64,000 nt of DNA from a virus (lineage: Duplodnaviria; Caudoviricetes), in IMG/VR virus record IMGVR_UViG_3300032007_001727; one strand, given 5' to 3'. A program made the translations under genes and the position numbers. Below the pieces are notes generated by a model. The model saw only the letters and a program-made list of their open reading frames with translations. It did not search any database and had not been told where the DNA came from. This document shows positions 59,839 to 64,000 of the stretch, piece after piece; positions within the stretch are counted from its first letter, which is position 1; every line of letters starts with the position of its first letter.

Positions 59839-60655
59839 TTATTGTTCAACCTTGGTCCAACCATACTTACCTAAGTAATAATCACCACTTCCCATCCAAA
59901 CGTCATAGCCGCTGCTACCTTGTGGAACATAGAGAGTACCATCGGACCCGACATTGCCGAAAGTAGTATTTGCTATTGTTGGTGCTGTTGCTGCAAGTGA
60001 AGTTATTGCTGATAAACTAGAACAACCATTGAAGGCATTTTGACCAATGTTTGTAACACCACTTGGAATGTTTATACTTGATAAACTACGACAACCACTG
60101 AAAGTATAATTACCAATGATTGTAACGCTGTCCGGAATTGTTATACTTGATAAACTAGAACAATAAGCGAAAACATTATTATCAATGTTTGTAACACCAC
60201 TTGGTATTGTTATGCTTGATAAATTAGAACAACTAGCGAAAACATTATTACCAATGCTTGTAACACTGTCCGGAATTGTTATACTTGATAAACCAGTACA
60301 TTGAAGGAAAGCACTATTACCAATGTTTGTAATACCATTTGGTATTGTTATGCTTGATAAACTAGAACAATAACCGAAAGCCACCGCACCAATACTTGTG
60401 CAAAGTGTACCAACTTCAACACTGACACAAGTTGCGCTGTAACCGCTTATCATTGCTCTTGTAAGTTCTCCACTACCCTCGATATCAACAACCTCACCGT
60501 TTCGCAAAGTTAATTTACAGAAGAAGGGGGGGGGGGGTAGGATTGTAATGCACATCATCCTCAGCAACACAAAGTGATACATTTGGTTTTGGGTAGTCCG
60601 TGGCAACGTATGCTGTATAATCAGCATGTGTTGCAAATTCTTTAACGTACTTCAT
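59839..60655 (-). CDS. BspA-type LRR protein frameshifted (OFF) at a C12 tract (G12 at 60526-60537)
   Basis: True start ATG 60655 gives MKYVKEFATHADYTAYVATDYPKPNVSLCVAEDDVHYNPTPPPLLL* (TAA 60517-60515). C11 or C14 would restore the frame into FFCKLTLRNGEVV plus the LRRs. Confidence 0.85.
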
Positions 60656-60741
60656 AATTTTTAAATAAAAGTTTTTTTTTAATTAAGTTATTATTTCTTT
60701 ATATAAATATTGAAAAATTTTTAAAAATCTTTATTTTTTAA

Positions 60742-62016
60742 ATGCAAAATTCCATAAATACTGTAATGCGAAACAAAGGTGTACGTTTAAATGAAGAAGA
60801 AGCCTTAAGAAACATTAAAGACAAATGTAATGAGAGGGGTGTTGAGTTCATTGGTTTTGACAATGAAACAAATTCCTATATAAATAATAAGACATATTTG
60901 ATTTTAAGATGTAATAAATGTAATAAGATTTGGAAAACAACGACATATGATAAATTTGTAAGGTATAATAGGTCTTGTCCTAATTGTTCTAGAACAAAAA
61001 AAGTGACACTTGATGAATTAATTTCAAACACACTTGAATTATGTGAAGAAAAAGAATTTACATTCTTGGGTATAAGTGGTCCCTTTAAAGGCGTGAGAAC
61101 TAAATTGAAATTAAAATGCAATAGATGTGGTTATGAATGGCATACGACAACATACGTAAATCTAATAAAAAAGGACAGAAAAAGTCATTCGTGCAATAAA
61201 AGAAACCCATTGTATTCAACTGTAGGATTAAGAAGTGATAAAGCAACCAAAAGAGTTTTGGACTCATTAAAAGAAACTTCCCTTGAATTTGTATCCTTTA
61301 AAGATGGTGAATATATTGGATTCAATAAAACTAAAGTAATTCTAAAATGTAAAAAATGTAATAAGTTGAATGAATATTCTTTTTCTTATATCTGTAGTCA
61401 TAATATTTCTTGTAAATATTGCGAATATAATGGGAAGATTTCAAATGAGGCCGCAATTAAGATAATTGAAGACAAGTGCAAGGATTTAAATTATACTTTT
61501 TTAGGGTTTAAGACAATTGACGGAAGATATGATGGAAAGGATACTTATTTAATTTTAAAATGTAATAAATGTGGTAGAATTACTGATAGTACGAAGTTTT
61601 ATGTATTTGTCAATAGGGGGATAAAGTGCTTAAACTGTTCTAGGACTTGGAAAATGGAAGATGAAATTAAAACATTCCTTGATAAGGAAAAAATTGATTA
61701 TATTTATGACTGTAGGTCTAGGGTACTTCCTTGGCTTAAAAATAGAATATCATTGTCATTGGATTTTTATCTCCCAAAATATAATACTGCCATAGAATGT
61801 CAAGGCATTCAGCACTTCGAACCTAGTTCTTTTTATGGTGGTGAAAAGGAATTTGTCAAAACTTGTGATAGGGACAAGAGAAAACTCCTCCTATGCAAGG
61901 AAAACAATGTAACATTGCTCTATTACGACAGTGAGACACAACATCAATCCTTCTTGGGGGAAGTGGTTTTCAAGGATGTAAATAATTTATTTAAAGAAAT
62001 ATTAAAAAATGGATAA
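60742..62016 (+). CDS. Putative homing endonuclease (CxxC repeats + Vsr/PD-(D/E)xK-like domain)
   Basis: LxCNKC...CxxC repeats; LDFYLPKYNTAIECQGIQHF. Confidence 0.78.
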   Translation: MQNSINTVMRNKGVRLNEEEALRNIKDKCNERGVEFIGFDNETNSYINNKTYLILRCNKCNKIWKTTTYDKFVRYNRSCPNCSRTKKVTLDELISNTLELCEEKEFTFLGISGPFKGVRTKLKLKCNRCGYEWHTTTYVNLIKKDRKSHSCNKRNPLYSTVGLRSDKATKRVLDSLKETSLEFVSFKDGEYIGFNKTKVILKCKKCNKLNEYSFSYICSHNISCKYCEYNGKISNEAAIKIIEDKCKDLNYTFLGFKTIDGRYDGKDTYLILKCNKCGRITDSTKFYVFVNRGIKCLNCSRTWKMEDEIKTFLDKEKIDYIYDCRSRVLPWLKNRISLSLDFYLPKYNTAIECQGIQHFEPSSFYGGEKEFVKTCDRDKRKLLLCKENNVTLLYYDSETQHQSFLGEVVFKDVNNLFKEILKNG

Positions 62017-63223
62017 AAAAATTAAAATGTTGGTAATACCATCAGATAATAGCGGGGTTGGGTATTATCGTTCAATTTGGCCTCATGAATATATTCAGAA
62101 ACATTATGGGGATATGTTTGATATAGATATTGTCAAGAGCATGCCAAGTGGTGACTTGGAGGCTTTCTTAAAGCAATATGACTTGGTTCACTTCCACAAG
62201 CAGTTGGACAAGGACGGAAGGATTATCGACATGCTAAAGTTCTTGGGTATTCCGGTCATAATCGACATTGATGACCACTTCAAGTTGGGAGAAGACCATC
62301 CGATGTCCATTACGGCAAAAAAGGAAAAGTGGCACGAACCTATTATCATGCACTTGCGAAAGGCTGACTATGTCACGACAACAACACCTATTTTCGCAAA
62401 CGAACTCAAGAAGTACAACAAGAACGTGAAGGTATTCCCGAACGCAATCAACGATGAGGATAAGCAGTATGAGCCGATTAAGAATCCCGGGACAAACAGA
62501 CTTAGGGTTGGAATCATCTGCGGCTCGTCACACTTGAAGGACTTGGAACTCTTGGGCAATGTTGCCAATCAGATTGACAAAGACAAGGTACAGTTCGTTC
62601 TCTGCGGATTTGACACTAGGGGAACTAGGACGGTATATAAGCCAAACGGAGAGATAGAGACTAGACCCATTCTCCCGGAAGAGAGTGTTTGGTGTGACTA
62701 TGAGAGGATTTTCTCCAATAACTATAGAAATATCTCTGACGCACATAAGGATTTCCTTATGAAATATACACCGTATGTGGATGACCCATTCTTGGACGAG
62801 CCATACAGAAGAATGTGGACGAGGGATATTTCAAACTATGCCACGCACTATCAGAACGTTGACGTTCTCATTGCGCCGCTTAAGGAAAACGAGTTCAACA
62901 AGATGAAGTCTGAGTTGAAGGAAATTGAGTGCGGATTCACGAATACAGCCTTCATAGGTCAGAACTTCGGTGCCTACACCATCAACTTGGTTCCGATGAT
63001 TGAGAAGGGAGGAAAGATTAACGAGGACGGAACGGCATTGTTGGTTGACACCTCGAAGAACCATAAGCAGTGGGCAAAGTACATTAACAAGTTGGCTGAA
63101 GACCGCGACATGCTCAAGAGGCTGCAAGACAATCTCAGAAAGTTCGTATTGGAAAACTACTCAATGGCCCATGTTTGTGAACAGAGGGTTGAATTCTATA
63201 AAAGTTTGGTTAATAAGGATTAA
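62009..63223 (+). CDS. GT-B glycosyltransferase-like protein
   Basis: SGVGYYRS..P, DIDD, GSSH..DL, DVLIAPL..NEFN..KSELK. Confidence 0.75.
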   Translation: MDKKIKMLVIPSDNSGVGYYRSIWPHEYIQKHYGDMFDIDIVKSMPSGDLEAFLKQYDLVHFHKQLDKDGRIIDMLKFLGIPVIIDIDDHFKLGEDHPMSITAKKEKWHEPIIMHLRKADYVTTTTPIFANELKKYNKNVKVFPNAINDEDKQYEPIKNPGTNRLRVGIICGSSHLKDLELLGNVANQIDKDKVQFVLCGFDTRGTRTVYKPNGEIETRPILPEESVWCDYERIFSNNYRNISDAHKDFLMKYTPYVDDPFLDEPYRRMWTRDISNYATHYQNVDVLIAPLKENEFNKMKSELKEIECGFTNTAFIGQNFGAYTINLVPMIEKGGKINEDGTALLVDTSKNHKQWAKYINKLAEDRDMLKRLQDNLRKFVLENYSMAHVCEQRVEFYKSLVNKD

Positions 63224-63285
63224 AAAGAAATGGAGGTAGAAAAAAGTTCTATCTCCATTTTGATTTAATTATTTCATGGGTAATT

Positions 63286-63939
63286 TTAAAGTTGTTCTTT
63301 CCTTTCGTTTATGTTACCTACCTTCTTCATCGTACACTCGTAGATGTTACCCTTTTGGTCAAGGAACTTGAATGATTTTCCGATAATCATGGTGTTTAGC
63401 GTGTTCTGAGACTCTTTACCCTCAGATATGATTTTCTTGTTCAATGAAGACGCATATTTTCTCACAATATCCTCAACTATTGTCCTTATCATCGGGTAGT
63501 CAACTTGTGAGCCGCTTGTTTGTACGGCATTGTTTGATACTTGCTCCATTATAGGTTCAGAACTCTTCATACTCTGTTTCTTACCACCCAAGTTGTTTGT
63601 CAAGAACGACAAGTCACCACCGCTGCCTAGAGTTGAGGCATAGAGCGAAGACTCGTCTATCTTATTCTTTGAAAACGACTCCAATATCGCAGAGGGGACC
63701 CTTGAGGCATTGTCTCCGAACTGAGTTGTGTTAAATCCGGCCGGATTACCGTTATTAGCCGGTTTAGCAATGTCTGTTATATTAACGCTTGCATTATCCA
63801 TCAGTGACTCGTTTATAGTGTCTCTTTTTCCCGCCGCAATCTTATCTATCGCGCCGCTAGATTCAAGTTGTATTAGTTTCTTTGCCCTAGACATAACGTT
63901 TTGAAGTTTCTTTTGTCTATCTTCTGTTACATTTGCCAT
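63286..63939 (-). CDS. Hypothetical protein
   Basis: 217-aa ORF. Confidence 0.7.
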   Translation of the reverse strand: MANVTEDRQKKLQNVMSRAKKLIQLESSGAIDKIAAGKRDTINESLMDNASVNITDIAKPANNGNPAGFNTTQFGDNASRVPSAILESFSKNKIDESSLYASTLGSGGDLSFLTNNLGGKKQSMKSSEPIMEQVSNNAVQTSGSQVDYPMIRTIVEDIVRKYASSLNKKIISEGKESQNTLNTMIIGKSFKFLDQKGNIYECTMKKVGNINERKEQL

Positions 63940-64000
63940 TTTACCTTACATTTTTATTCCTTATGAAATTATTTTCGTCGAAGTCGACATCATTTATGTC

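Larger units (their letters stand above)
2302..60710. promoter_or_regulatory. Dispersed sense-strand motif (A)TATTTAT about 20-45 nt upstream of virion/late genes (putative late promoter)
   Basis: Copies at 2302, 3660(-), 3738, 10711, 12316, 18464, 20745, 25733, 28954, 32244, 33614(-), 33705, 35265, 37505, 38428, 41753, 42371, 47021(-), 55045, 58262, 60703(-). Confidence 0.7.

Noticed and set aside
60538-60636. ORF-track N-terminus MQHMLIIQ... of the third LRR gene
   Set aside because: Wrong frame; the homologous leader is in another frame starting at 60655.
1-64000. Alternative genetic code (TAG=Gln as in Lak phages)
   Set aside because: Core genes (MCP, terminase, portal, 1905-aa protein) are full length in code 11. 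The few TAGs (4545, 29914, 31221) fall at plausible gene ends.

Overview
This window is a 64-kb segment of a large T4-like (myovirus-type, jumbo) bacteriophage read in the standard genetic code. The host is probably a Bacteroidota species, because canonical TTTG-N20-TAnnTTTG promoters precede several non-structural genes. It carries the head module: terminase large subunit, intein-containing portal, prohead protease, scaffold and gp23-like major capsid protein. It also carries neck/baseplate/fibre-like genes, a gp55-like late sigma factor candidate, nucleotide and DNA metabolism genes (ligase, ThyA, MazG-like, GMP reductase/IMPDH, SNF2 helicase), a ClpC-type ATPase, four glycosyltransferase-like genes, and several intact or decayed Zn-finger homing endonucleases. 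Four signals stand out. (1) Three BspA-type leucine-rich-repeat paralogues each have a poly-C tract (C12, C10, C12) at the same position before the LRR region. One is in frame, one is frameshifted OFF and one is cut by the window edge, which suggests a phage-encoded phase-variable contingency system. (2) A reusable N-terminal leader (K-K-I-x-L-T/S-E...L-x-E), plausibly a capsid-targeting/gp21-cleavage signal, is fused to unrelated cargoes and repeated inside a 1905-aa polyvalent protein. (3) A probable -1 frameshift occurs at an A9 slippery site. (4) CCAG/CTGG, GATC and AGCT appear strongly avoided. All functional calls come from motif recognition by eye, without database searches.
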